A DNA stretch of 64,000 bases from Vicinamibacteria bacterium. Lineage in GTDB: Bacteria > Acidobacteriota > Vicinamibacteria > Fen-336. The stretch covers positions 160 to 64,159 of the forward strand of contig DATBIO010000241.1 of assembly GCA_036556965.1 (NCBI GenBank). Reading direction: 5' to 3'. Shown one piece after another: positions 20,654 to 30,089 of the stretch. The notes beneath the pieces are model-generated. The model made no database searches. It was not told the origin of the DNA and saw only the letters and a list, made by a program, of their open reading frames with translations. Both the position numbers and the translations under genes were made by a program. The first letter of the stretch is position 1; the number at the start of each line of letters is the position of its first letter.

Positions 20654-23217
20654 GAGGCCAGCGCCCTGGGTGCGCCGCGCGACACCAGGCCCCGCTCCTC
20701 CAGGGTGGCCACGATGAGCTCCAGGCTCTCCTCCACCGTCTGCGTGGCCGTCTCCACCACGACGTCGGGGCGCGGGGGGGCCTCGTAGGGGTCGGAGATG
20801 CCGGTGAAGTGGGGCAGGCTGCCGTCCAGGGCCTTCCGGTAGAGACCCTTGACGTCCCGCGCCACCAGGGCTTCGAGCGGCGCGCGCGCGTAGACCTCCA
20901 GGAAGGGGATGCCCTCCGCCGCTGCCTCGCCCCGGAGCTCCTCGCGCACGGCGGCGTAGGGCGAGATGGCGGCGGCGACCACGCCCGCGCCGTGCCGGGC
21001 GAGAAGACGCGCCACGAAGCCGATGCGGCGGATGTTCGTGTCGCGGTCCTCGCGCGAGAACCCGAGGCCCTTGGACAGGTGCGTGCGCACCTCGTCCCCG
21101 TCCAGGACCTCGAGGGCCCGCACGCCCTGAAGCCGGCGGACGAGGGCGGAGGCCAGCGTGCTCTTGCCGGCGCCGCTGAGGCCCGTGAACCAGACGATGA
21201 AGCCCTCCCCGCCGCGGGAGGCAGGGGCGGCGCCTGCGCGCTCGACCCCGCCCGCGCTCCCGGGCACGGCGTGGGGAGCGTGCGCGCGTCCGCCGGAGGC
21301 GGCGTAGTGCGCGCGGAGCACCTCCGCCACCTCCGGACGCGTGAACTGCCGCGGCAGCTCGCCGCCGCCCCGCAGGATCTCGCGCACCTTCGTGCCCGAG
21401 AGCTCGAGGCGGGCGGACTCCCCGTGCGGGCACGTCCGCTCGGAGGCGAGGGCGTCGCACTCGCGGCAGAAGAAGGTGGGGCGCAGCCGCAGGGGCTGGA
21501 CGCCCAGCTCCTCCGCCGGGAAGCGGTCGAAGATGGCCTGGGCGTCGTAGGGGCCGTAGTAGCGGCCGACGCCGGCGTGGTCGCGGCCCACGATGAGGTG
21601 CGTGATGCCGTAGTTCTTCCGCACCAGGGCGTGGAACAGGGCCTCCCGCGGCCCCGCGTAGCGCATGGCGGCGGGGAAGGCGGCCAGCAGCGTGCGCCCC
21701 GCCGGGTAGTAGCCCGTGACCAGGGCCTCGTAGGCGCGGAACCGCACCTCCGCGGGCACGTCGTCGTCCTTGGTCTGCCCGATGAGGGGGTGGAGGACCA
21801 GCCCGTCCGCGATCTCGAGGGCCAGCTTGGTGAGGTGCTCGTGGGCGCGGTGGATCGGGTTGCGCGTCTGGAAGCCGGCCACCGTGCGCCAGCCGCGCCG
21901 CGCGATCTCCGCGCGGAGGGCGCGCGGGGTGAGCCGGTAGCGGGCGAAGGGCAGGTCGGCGGGGGGCGGCAGGACCGTGACCTCGCCCCCGGCCAGCCAG
22001 GACGGACGCTGGAGCAGGTAGGCGACGCCCGGGTGGGCGGGGTCGTCGGTCCCGTAGACGGCGCGGGCCTCGCGCCCGGCGTCGCGCGGGAAGACCTCCG
22101 CCACCCTGAGCAGGCCCCGGAGCCGCCCGCTCTCGTCGTGCCGGGCGGCCTCCGCGCGCGGGCGCAGAAGGGCGCGCGCCTCGTCGGAGACGGAGAGCGT
22201 CACGGGGAGCGGCCACACCGTGCCGTGCGCGAGGCGGAGCCTCTCCAGCACGCTCTCGTAGTCCTCGCGGCCGAGGAACCCGGTGAGGGGGCTGAAGGCG
22301 CCCACCCCCAGCAGCTCGAGGTCGGCCGCCTCGCGCCCGTCGAGGCACAACGACGGCAGGTCGGCGGCACGGCGCCGCACGGCGTCCACGTCGTGGGCGG
22401 CCGCGAGCCGGTCCACGAGGGCGCCGCCGTGCGGCGCGACCAGGGGCTCGCCACCGGGGTTGATGCTCATGGGCAAGGGTTCCTTTCCTTCGAAGGTGAC
22501 GGCGGGGACGGCGACGGCGCGGGGACGGGTGTGCAGGCCGCACTCGCGGCGGTGCGAGCCGCGCCAGCGTCCGGCGCGCTCGTCCTCGTCCTCCGCCACC
22601 GCGGTGGTGCACGGCCAGCAGCCCAGGCTGGGATAGCCGCGCGCGTGCAGCGGGTTGGTGGGAACGTCGTGGGCGCGCAGGTAGCTCCACACCTCCGACC
22701 GGCCCCAGTGGGCGAGGGGGTTGACCTTCACCACCCCGAAGCGAGGGTCGCGCTCGACGAGGGCGGAGGCGGCGCGGTCCGCCGATTGCTGCCGGCGGAT
22801 GGCGGTGACCCACGCGTCGAGGGAGGCGAGCACGCGCTCGAGGGGCGCCACCTTGCGCAGCGCGCAGCACCGGCCGGGGTCGCGCGCCCACAGGGCGTCG
22901 CCGTGGGCCGCCGCCTGCGCGGCCACCGTCTGCCCGGGCACGACGCCGCGGATGGTGATGCCGTAGCGCTGCTCGAGGCGGCGCCAGAGGTCGTAGCTCT
23001 CGGCGAAGAACAGGCCGGTGTCGAGGGTGAAGACGTCGATGGGCAGCCGGTGGCGCGCGACGAGGTCCACGAGAAGGCAGCCTTCCGGGCCGAAGGCGGT
23101 GGCCAGGGCCAGGCGGGGTGCGAAGCGCGCGGCCGCCCAGGCGAGGACCTCCTGGGGCGGACGCCCCTCCAGGCGTCGGCTGGCTTCGGCGAGTTCGGCG
23201 GCGGACGGCGTACCCAT
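20650..23217 (-). CDS. trifunctional fusion: Fe-S-type adenylyl-sulfate/PAPS reductase (CysH) + sulfate adenylyltransferase (Sat) + adenylyl-sulfate kinase (CysC)
   Basis: One uninterrupted ORF. CysH block with [15 protein letters not shown] and ECGLH. Sat block with [13 protein letters not shown] and GRDHAGVG. CysC block with [23 protein letters not shown] precedes the ATG at about 23217. Confidence 0.8.
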   Translation of the reverse strand: MGTPSAAELAEASRRLEGRPPQEVLAWAAARFAPRLALATAFGPEGCLLVDLVARHRLPIDVFTLDTGLFFAESYDLWRRLEQRYGITIRGVVPGQTVAAQAAAHGDALWARDPGRCCALRKVAPLERVLASLDAWVTAIRRQQSADRAASALVERDPRFGVVKVNPLAHWGRSEVWSYLRAHDVPTNPLHARGYPSLGCWPCTTAVAEDEDERAGRWRGSHRRECGLHTRPRAVAVPAVTFEGKEPLPMSINPGGEPLVAPHGGALVDRLAAAHDVDAVRRRAADLPSLCLDGREAADLELLGVGAFSPLTGFLGREDYESVLERLRLAHGTVWPLPVTLSVSDEARALLRPRAEAARHDESGRLRGLLRVAEVFPRDAGREARAVYGTDDPAHPGVAYLLQRPSWLAGGEVTVLPPPADLPFARYRLTPRALRAEIARRGWRTVAGFQTRNPIHRAHEHLTKLALEIADGLVLHPLIGQTKDDDVPAEVRFRAYEALVTGYYPAGRTLLAAFPAAMRYAGPREALFHALVRKNYGITHLIVGRDHAGVGRYYGPYDAQAIFDRFPAEELGVQPLRLRPTFFCRECDALASERTCPHGESARLELSGTKVREILRGGGELPRQFTRPEVAEVLRAHYAASGGRAHAPHAVPGSAGGVERAGAAPASRGGEGFIVWFTGLSGAGKSTLASALVRRLQGVRALEVLDGDEVRTHLSKGLGFSREDRDTNIRRIGFVARLLARHGAGVVAAAISPYAAVREELRGEAAAEGIPFLEVYARAPLEALVARDVKGLYRKALDGSLPHFTGISDPYEAPPRPDVVVETATQTVEESLELIVATLEERGLVSRGAPRALAS

Positions 23218-23244
23218 CGGGCTCCCTCGTGCGTGGTGCTCCGG

Positions 23245-23286
23245 AAAAGCCAAAGGCCCGGGGCTTTCGCCTCCGGGCCTGTGGGG
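23245..23286 (-). terminator. GC-rich hairpin with GAAA loop followed by a U-rich tract, immediately 5' of the cysH RBS (terminator or attenuator)
   Basis: In minus-strand sense: GGCCCGGAGGC-GAAA-GCCCCGGGCC then UUUGGCUUUUCC, then the GAGGGAG SD and ATG. A second hairpin GGGCCG-cuuc-CGGCCC lies about 40 nt upstream. Confidence 0.4.
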
Positions 23287-23444
23287 GTCCGCCGCCGGCG
23301 GGCCCTAGCGCATGAGGGCCGTGAGCGTGGAGCGACCGCAGGGGCCGGAAGCGGCCCGGGCCTGGCTACAACAGCACGCCATTCGCTCGCTCACGAGAAA
23401 GAGAAGGTACGCCCCGCTCGCCATGCCGTCAAGGGAACGCAGTG

Positions 23445-23831
23445 TCATGGCTGGCGCGCCAGCCACGCCTCGAGGGGCGCGCGGTCATCCGGGTCCTTGA
23501 TGCGGCCGAGGATGGCCGCGCGCCTGGACGCCACCACCGCCGGCTGGTCGAACGGCAGCTGGTCGTACATCTGCCCGCCCGGGTTGTGGCAGGGCCCGCA
23601 CCGCCGCGCCAGCATCGGCTTCACCGCTCCCGCGAACAGGTCGGGCTCGGTCGGCCCCTCGGCGGCGGGCGCCGCCTCCATGGCGGGGATGGACGCGGGC
23701 AACGGCTCCTGCGCCGCGGCGGGAGGGGGAGGCACGGGAGCGGCCACCGCGCGGGGCGCCTCCGCCCTTCCCGCGCCGCACGCCGCGGCCAGCCCGGCCA
23801 CGACCACGGCCACGAAACGGGAGGAGGGCAT
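23445..23831 (-). CDS. small secreted/lipoprotein with a single CxxCH motif (putative c-type cytochrome-like)
   Basis: Signal peptide MPSSRFVAVVVAGLAAACG. Pro/Ala-rich linker. Motif RRCGPCHNPGG. Confidence 0.5.
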   Translation of the reverse strand: MPSSRFVAVVVAGLAAACGAGRAEAPRAVAAPVPPPPAAAQEPLPASIPAMEAAPAAEGPTEPDLFAGAVKPMLARRCGPCHNPGGQMYDQLPFDQPAVVASRRAAILGRIKDPDDRAPLEAWLARQP

Positions 23832-23893
23832 CAGGGTCTCGAGGGAGAGACGGATTCGCCCGCCGGCATGTTTCGGTGAAAATTCTTGAAGCC

Positions 23894-24532
23894 ATGCCCG
23901 CGCGGCTCACCCCCGGCCCCGCCGATGCCCTCCTGGCGGTGGACCCGCAGAACGACTTCTGCCCCGGCGGCTCGCTGGCCGTGCCCGAGGGCGACGCGGT
24001 GGTGCCGGCGATCAACCGGCTGTTCGGCCGCTTCCGGCATGCCGTGATCACCCAGGACTGGCACCCTCCCGGCCACGTCTCCTTCGCGTCGTCGCACCCG
24101 GGGCGCCGCCCGTTCGAGACCATCGAGGTCGCCTACGGCCCCCAGGTCCTCTGGCCGGACCACTGCGTGCCGGGCACCCGCGGCGCGGAGTTCCACCGGG
24201 AGCTCGAGACCGGCCGCGCGTCGCTCGTCCTGCGCAAGGGGAACGACCCGATGGTGGACTCCTACTCCGCGCTCTACGAGAACGACCACCGCACCCCCAC
24301 CGGCCTCGCCGGCTACCTGCGCGAGCGCGGCCTCCGCCGCCTGTACCTGGCCGGCCTGGCCACGGACTTCTGCGTCCTGTACTCCGCGCTCGACGCGCGC
24401 CGCGAGGGCTTCGCGGTGGCGGTGGTGGAGGACGCGGTGCGCGGCATCGACCTCGACGGCTCGCTGGGCCGCGCCTGGGAGCGGATGCGCGAGGCGGGCG
24501 TGGAGCGCGTGCGCCTGGCCGACCTGTCCTGA
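23894..24532 (+). CDS. pncA: nicotinamidase/pyrazinamidase (isochorismatase family)
   Basis: LLAVDPQNDFCPGGSLAV, conserved DWHPPGHVSFA and LAGLATDFCV blocks. Alternative GTG start at 23876. Confidence 0.8.
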   Translation: MPARLTPGPADALLAVDPQNDFCPGGSLAVPEGDAVVPAINRLFGRFRHAVITQDWHPPGHVSFASSHPGRRPFETIEVAYGPQVLWPDHCVPGTRGAEFHRELETGRASLVLRKGNDPMVDSYSALYENDHRTPTGLAGYLRERGLRRLYLAGLATDFCVLYSALDARREGFAVAVVEDAVRGIDLDGSLGRAWERMREAGVERVRLADLS

Positions 24533-24545
24533 CGCGGCCGGGCGC

Positions 24546-25382
24546 TCACACGCCGATGCGCCGGTACCTCGCCTCGAACAGCGCGAAGAGGCCGTAGGAC
24601 ACCAAGCCCAGGGCCACCACGCCGAGGAAGAGGGCGCCGTGCTCCTGCCCCTGGAGGAAGCGGAGAGCGCCCCCCACGTTGCGCGCCTCGCCCGGATCGG
24701 CGTGGCGGGCGGCGCGGACCAGGAACACGCCGATGATGCCGAAGGTCAGGCCCCGCGCGAGCACGCCGAAGCGCCCCAGCCGGCGCATCCACATGCGCGC
24801 CCGCGCGCCCATCCGGTCCACGGCCAGGTCCTTCTCGAACTCGACCACGGCCGCCTTCCAGAGCTGCTGGACGGCGGCGGCGGCGAAGCCCAGCCCGGCC
24901 AGCCCCACCAGCCACGCGCCGGCGGGGGCGCGCAGCGCCCGCGCCGTCCAGGCGCCCGGCGCCGCCGAGGGCCCCGCGCCCAGGCCCAGGGCGATGGCGA
25001 ACGCGCTGAGGGCGAGGGCGAGGTGGACGAGGGCGTTCACGAGCGACTCGCCGCGGCTGGCCAGGCCGGCGGCCCCGCGTCCGCGGTGCTCCGTGTCGGC
25101 CAGCGCGCGCGCCGCCTGCCAGGCCGCGTAGGCGAGCAGCCCGAGGCCGATGGCGGCCGCGGCCAGGGCGCCGCCCGGCTGCTGCCGCACGGCGGCGATG
25201 GCCCCGGGAGTGTCGGTGGGACGGCCGCCCCAGCCGACGGCCGCCTTCGCCGCGAGCAGCCCCACGGCCACGTAGACGGCGGCCTTGGCCAGGAAGCCGG
25301 CGCGGGCCAGGGGGCGCACCCAACGGCGAACGGGGGCGGGCAGGACGACGCGCGCGGAGGACGCCACGCCCCATCTTGGCAT
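24546..25382 (-). CDS. DUF1206-like integral membrane protein
   Basis: Repeated hydrophobic helices with an internal duplication (LAKAAVYVAVGLLAA / LARGLTFGIIGVFLV). The first 23 codons of the ORF are probably not translated. Confidence 0.55.
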   Translation of the reverse strand: MPRWGVASSARVVLPAPVRRWVRPLARAGFLAKAAVYVAVGLLAAKAAVGWGGRPTDTPGAIAAVRQQPGGALAAAAIGLGLLAYAAWQAARALADTEHRGRGAAGLASRGESLVNALVHLALALSAFAIALGLGAGPSAAPGAWTARALRAPAGAWLVGLAGLGFAAAAVQQLWKAAVVEFEKDLAVDRMGARARMWMRRLGRFGVLARGLTFGIIGVFLVRAARHADPGEARNVGGALRFLQGQEHGALFLGVVALGLVSYGLFALFEARYRRIGV

Positions 25383-25425
25383 CCGCTCACGGCGGGCGCG
25401 TGATGTCGGCCAGAATTGCGGAACC

Positions 25426-26382
25426 ATGGAGGAGGTCCCTGCGTTGAGCATCCCGGTGGAGCCGATCGTCTCCTTCGAGGGCCTCGTCGTGTCCTACGGC
25501 CTGGTGCGCGCCCTCGACGGGGTGACGGGCGCCTTCCGCCCCGGCGCCACCGGCCTGCTCGGCCCCAACGGCGCGGGCAAGTCCACCTTCCTCAAGACCC
25601 TCCTCGGCTTCCTCGATCCCGACGCCGGCCGCATCGCCGCCTTCGGCCTCGACCCGACGCGCGACCCCCTGGAGGTCCGGCGCCGCGTCGGGTACATGCC
25701 GGAGAGCGACTGCCACCTGCCGGGCATGACGGCGGCCTCCTTCGTGGCCTTCGCCGCCGAGCTGAGCGGCCTCCCGCGGGCGGAGGCCATCAGCCGCGCG
25801 CACGAGGTGCTCTACTACGTGGGCCTGGAGGAGGCGCGCTACCGCACCGTCGACACGTACTCCACGGGCATGAAGCAGCGCGTGAAGCTGGCGCAGGCGC
25901 TCGTGCACGACCCCGCCCTGCTCCTGCTCGACGAGCCCACCAACGGGCTCGACCCCGCGGGCCGCGAGGAGATGCTGGCCCTGATCCGCGACGTGGCCAC
26001 CCGCCGCGACATCAGCCTGATCCTCTGCTCGCACCTGCTGCACGACGTGGAGGAGGTGTGCGGCGAGGTGGTCGTCTTCAACCAGGGCCGCGTGGCGCGC
26101 AGCGGCCCCCTCGCGGAGCTGACCGGCCCCCGCCGCTCCGTGTTCGAGGTGCGGGTGAAGGGCGACCCCACCGCCTTCCTCACCGACCTGCGCGACGCGG
26201 GCGGGGAGTGGCACGACGGGGAGGACGGGCATCGCGTGTCGCTCCCGGAGGGGCAGGGGCCGGAGCTGATCTTCCGCACCGCGCTCCTCTGCGGGGTGCA
26301 GGTCCGCAGCCTGCGGCCGAGCGCCCAGAGCCTGGAGGACGTCTTCCTCGACGCCCTGGGGCACCCGCCCCCCGCGGCCTGA
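25426..26382 (+). CDS. ABC transporter ATP-binding protein (first of two)
   Basis: Walker A GPNGAGKST. ABC signature YSTGMKQR. Walker B LLLLDEPTNGLD. Confidence 0.85.
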   Translation: MEEVPALSIPVEPIVSFEGLVVSYGLVRALDGVTGAFRPGATGLLGPNGAGKSTFLKTLLGFLDPDAGRIAAFGLDPTRDPLEVRRRVGYMPESDCHLPGMTAASFVAFAAELSGLPRAEAISRAHEVLYYVGLEEARYRTVDTYSTGMKQRVKLAQALVHDPALLLLDEPTNGLDPAGREEMLALIRDVATRRDISLILCSHLLHDVEEVCGEVVVFNQGRVARSGPLAELTGPRRSVFEVRVKGDPTAFLTDLRDAGGEWHDGEDGHRVSLPEGQGPELIFRTALLCGVQVRSLRPSAQSLEDVFLDALGHPPPAA

Positions 26383-26386
26383 GCGC

Positions 26387-27232
26387 GTGCCCGTCTACGA
26401 GCAGACGTACCGGCACTACGAGGCGCGGGAGGCGCTGCGCCAGACGCGCTTCTGGCCCATCACGCGGGAGGCGCTGCGCCTGGTCCTCTCGCGCCGCGCC
26501 TTCGTGGTCCTGCTCATGGGGGCCTGGCTTCCCTTCGCCGGGTTCTCCATCTACCTCTACGTGCTCACGCAGACGCAGCTGGGCCCCATGGCGCAGGTGC
26601 TCCCGGTGGGGGGACCCCTGTACCTCCGCTTCTACGCCTGGCAGATGCCCATCGCCTTCGTGCTCACCACGTTCGCCGCCTCCGGCCTGGTGGCCAACGA
26701 CCGGCGCACGGGGGCGCTCGTCGTCTACCTGTCCCGTCCCCTCACGCGCCGGGACTACGTGGTGGGCAAGCTCGCCGTGCCGCTCCTGCTCACGCTCTTC
26801 GTGACGGCGGTCCCCGCGCTCCTCCTGTACCTCGTGGGCCTGGCCCTGGTGCCCTCCCTCCTCCTGACCCGCGCGCACGCCTGGCTGGCGCCGTCCGTCG
26901 CCGTGCAGGGCCTGCTGGTCTCGGTGACCATCAGCCTCGTCGCCCTCGCCGTCTCCGCCCTCTCCAAGAGCGCGCGCGCCGCGGGCCTGGCCTTCTTCGG
27001 CCTGCTCATGATGCTGGACGTCGTGCAGGGCGTCCTGCAGGAGATCTACGACAAGCCGTACTTCGCGCTGCTCTCCCCCCAGGCCAACCTGCGCCTGCTG
27101 GGGGAGGCGATGCTGGGCGGGCCCGCCCCCGCCCTCCCGTGGTACCTGCCCGCGCTGGTGCTCGCCGCCACGGGCGCCGCCTGCCTGCTCGTCCTGCGGC
27201 GGCAGGTGCGCGCGGTGGAGATCGTCACGTGA
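26387..27232 (+). CDS. ABC-2 family transporter permease
   Basis: Six predicted TM helices. GTG start 4 nt after the ATPase stop. Confidence 0.7.
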   Translation: MPVYEQTYRHYEAREALRQTRFWPITREALRLVLSRRAFVVLLMGAWLPFAGFSIYLYVLTQTQLGPMAQVLPVGGPLYLRFYAWQMPIAFVLTTFAASGLVANDRRTGALVVYLSRPLTRRDYVVGKLAVPLLLTLFVTAVPALLLYLVGLALVPSLLLTRAHAWLAPSVAVQGLLVSVTISLVALAVSALSKSARAAGLAFFGLLMMLDVVQGVLQEIYDKPYFALLSPQANLRLLGEAMLGGPAPALPWYLPALVLAATGAACLLVLRRQVRAVEIVT

Positions 27233-28200
27233 GCGCGGAAGCGGCGGCCGCGGGGGCGTCCCCGGCGGGGGCGCCGGCCCCGGCGGGCGGCATCGAGTTC
27301 GTCCGGGCGTCGCGCTGGTACGGGCAGGTCATCGCCCTCAACGACGTGACCGTCCGCCTCGGGCCGGGCGTGACGGGGCTGCTGGGGCCCAACGGCGCGG
27401 GCAAGTCCACCTTCCTCAAGCTGGCCGCGGGCCAGCTCCGCCCGAGCCAGGGCGAGGTGCGGCTGCTGGGGGAGCCCGCGTGGGGGACGCCCGCCCTCTT
27501 CCACCGCGTGGGCCTCTGCCCGGAGCCGGACGCGTTCTGGGAGGGTCTGACCGGGCTCGACTTCCTGCTCACGCTGCTCCGGCTGACCGGCTTCGACGAG
27601 GCGGAGTGCCGGACGCGCGCGGAGGACGCGCTGCGCCTGGTCGCGCTGGTGGAGGCGCGCGACCGCAAGGTCGGCGGGTACAGCAAGGGCATGCGCCAGC
27701 GCCTCAAGATGGCGCAGGCCCTGGCCCACGACCCGGAGGTGCTCCTGCTGGACGAGCCGCTCACGGGCATGGACCCCGTCAACCGCCGCCGCATGGTGGA
27801 CCTCGTGAAGCAGCTCGGCCGCCAGGGCCGGACGGTCCTCGTCTCCAGCCACATCCTGCACGAGGTGGAGGCCATGACCCGCACCGTGCTCCTCATCCAC
27901 CAGGGGCGCATCCTGGCCGAGGGCGACGTGCGCGAGATCCGCGACCTGCTCGACGAGCACCCGCACACCGTGGCCCTGCGCGCGCGCGAGCCGCGCCGTC
28001 TCGCCGCGGCGCTGGTGGGGGCGGGGCACGTGCTGTCCCTCTCCTTCGGCGCGGAGGGGGAATGGCTCACGGTGCAGACGGCGAAGCCCGACGAGCTCTA
28101 CCAGGCGCTGATGCAGGCCGCCCTGGACACGGGGGTGAGCGAGATGTACTCGCCCGACGAGGACCTCGAGTCCGTCTTCCGGTACCTGGTGCACCGATGA
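27229..28200 (+). CDS. ABC transporter ATP-binding protein (second of two)
   Basis: Walker A GPNGAGKST. Signature YSKGMRQR. Walker B LLLDEPLTGMD. In-frame GTG overlaps the permease stop (GTGA). The upstream part of the ORF-track ORF is spurious. Confidence 0.85.
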   Translation: MSAEAAAAGASPAGAPAPAGGIEFVRASRWYGQVIALNDVTVRLGPGVTGLLGPNGAGKSTFLKLAAGQLRPSQGEVRLLGEPAWGTPALFHRVGLCPEPDAFWEGLTGLDFLLTLLRLTGFDEAECRTRAEDALRLVALVEARDRKVGGYSKGMRQRLKMAQALAHDPEVLLLDEPLTGMDPVNRRRMVDLVKQLGRQGRTVLVSSHILHEVEAMTRTVLLIHQGRILAEGDVREIRDLLDEHPHTVALRAREPRRLAAALVGAGHVLSLSFGAEGEWLTVQTAKPDELYQALMQAALDTGVSEMYSPDEDLESVFRYLVHR

Positions 28201-28291
28201 GCGCGGCGCCGTCCGCGGAGAAGCAGCTCCCTACCCCCCGCGTGGGGGAGAGCTGGGAGGGGCCTCCGGTCGCCGCGCCGCGGGCGAGGCC

Positions 28292-29095
28292 ATGAGGGAC
28301 ACCACCCACCCCGTGCCCACCCTGTCCGCGGCGCGCCGCGTCTTCGACCTCTCCCTCGAGGGCATGCTCTGGGGACGCCGGGCCGTGGTCATGACCGTGC
28401 TCCTCGGCCTGCCCGTCGTCTTCGCCCTCCTCTACCGGGGCGTGCTGCTGGCCAGGCTGCCCGCGCGCATCGCGGGCTACGACCTCTACCGTGGGCTGAT
28501 GGCCTACTTCTACGTCGGCAACGTGCTGCCCCTGGCCGCGCTCTTCTACGCCACCTCCCTGGTGGCGGACGAGGTGGACGGCAAGACGCTGACCTACCTC
28601 ACCAGCCGTCCCATCACGCGGCCCGCGATCTTCGGCGGCAAGTTCGCGGCCTTCGTGGTGGCGGCGGCGTGCATCTGCCTCCCTTCGGCGGTGGTGACGT
28701 TCCTGCTCCTGGCCACGGCGCGCGGGGTGACGGGGACGGCCCTGGCCGTGCCCCACCTGTTCCGCGACCTCGGCGTGATGGTGCTGACGCTCCTCGCCTA
28801 CGGCGGCGTCTTCGCGCTGATGGGCGTGCTGATGCGGCGCCCGCTCATCCCCGGGCTGCTCTTCCTCTACGTGTGGGAGTCGCTGGCCAACCTGCCCGGC
28901 TACCTCCCGCGCTTCACCCTGACCGCGTGGCTCCGGTCGCTGCTGGGCCACGCCCCGGCCATGCGCGGCGCGGCCGCGGTGGGGGAGAAGCTGCCGCCCG
29001 AGTGGTGCGTGGCCGTGCTGGTGGGGGTGGCCGCCGCCGGCCTCGCCCTGAGCTTCGCCGTCTTCTCGCGCCGCGAGTACGTGCTCGAGCAGTAG
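28292..29095 (+). CDS. ABC-2 family transporter permease
   Basis: Multi-pass hydrophobic protein of the same type as 26387-27232. Confidence 0.7.
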   Translation: MRDTTHPVPTLSAARRVFDLSLEGMLWGRRAVVMTVLLGLPVVFALLYRGVLLARLPARIAGYDLYRGLMAYFYVGNVLPLAALFYATSLVADEVDGKTLTYLTSRPITRPAIFGGKFAAFVVAAACICLPSAVVTFLLLATARGVTGTALAVPHLFRDLGVMVLTLLAYGGVFALMGVLMRRPLIPGLLFLYVWESLANLPGYLPRFTLTAWLRSLLGHAPAMRGAAAVGEKLPPEWCVAVLVGVAAAGLALSFAVFSRREYVLEQ

Positions 29096-29118
29096 GCGCC
29101 GTCCCGCGGAGGGGACGC

Positions 29119-29919
29119 TCAGCGCGAGGAGAGGCCCGGGTTGTCGAGGCCCGCCAGCACGGCCTTCTCGAAGAGGACCTGCAGGCGCGCCCGCCGCGCG
29201 GCGGACAGCCGCAGCACGGCCGTCTTCATCAGGGCGCTCATGGCCGCGTCCTCGGCGGGGGTGGTGGGCTGGCGGGACCGGACGCGGTCGATGTAGGCGC
29301 CGAGCTGCTGGCGCTCGCGCGCGCCCAGGGCGGCGTAGGCCGCGGTGTTGAGGGCGCCGAACTCGTTGGCCTCGGCGCGGCTGAGCGCGTTCACCCCGCG
29401 TCCGGCCAGCAGGTAGGCGCGCCGGAACGCGTCCGGCGGCTCCAGCACGCCCGCCGCGCTCTCCGTCATCAGCCGCGCGGCCACCGCGCGGGTGAGGTGG
29501 GGAGCCTCGCGGGCCACCGCCTCCGCGGCCAGCTCCGACGCGGTGGGCACGGGCTTGCCGGCGGGGAGGGCGGTGGCGTCCACGTCCGACGGGCCGAACA
29601 CGAGGGGCAGCCAGCGGTCCGCGGTGGCCCAGGCCGCGCCCGCGATCGCCACCAGGCACGCGCCCAGCACGATCCCGGCCCAGGGCACGGGGCGCCGCGC
29701 GCGGCGGCGGGCGGCGGGAGGACGCGCGGGGGGGCCGGACGGCGGCGGCGTCGGCTTGAGGCCCAGCACCTCCGAGAGCCGCACCCACTGCGACGAGCCC
29801 GGAGACTGCACCTGGCTGTCCGCGGTGATGAGACCGCGCTCGAACCACGACCGGAGCTGCGCGCGGTCGAGGTTGATGACGCTGCCGTCGGCGAGGCGTA
29901 CGCGATGCCCTTGAGGCAC
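29119..29919 (-). CDS. DUF4339-like N-terminal domain protein with one TM segment
   Basis: A GTG start preceded by AGGGAG. The N-terminal block HRVRLADGSVINLDRAQLRSWFERGLITADSQV resembles DUF4339. A central TM helix WAGIVLGACLVAIAGAAWA. Confidence 0.5.
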   Translation of the reverse strand: MPQGHRVRLADGSVINLDRAQLRSWFERGLITADSQVQSPGSSQWVRLSEVLGLKPTPPPSGPPARPPAARRRARRPVPWAGIVLGACLVAIAGAAWATADRWLPLVFGPSDVDATALPAGKPVPTASELAAEAVAREAPHLTRAVAARLMTESAAGVLEPPDAFRRAYLLAGRGVNALSRAEANEFGALNTAAYAALGARERQQLGAYIDRVRSRQPTTPAEDAAMSALMKTAVLRLSAARRARLQVLFEKAVLAGLDNPGLSSR

Positions 29920-30089
29920 GCCCGGACTCCCTGGTGTTGAAGCCTCCAGCACGGCCCGGCGCCTGCCCGTCGCGGCGGGCGCGGCCCAGGAGGGCGCAGT
30001 ATAGAACGGGTGGATCTTTTCTCCCCCTGGCTGCGTTAATCGGACAGTGACGCCGTACACTGGAGGCTCGGCTGGGCCTGGAGGGTGGA

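Noticed and set aside
20075-22891. 938-aa ORF on the minus strand
   Set aside because: Arg/Gly/Pro-rich low-complexity translation. It is a shadow frame of the cysH-sat-cysC gene. Only its last about 190 codons (sirC) are real.
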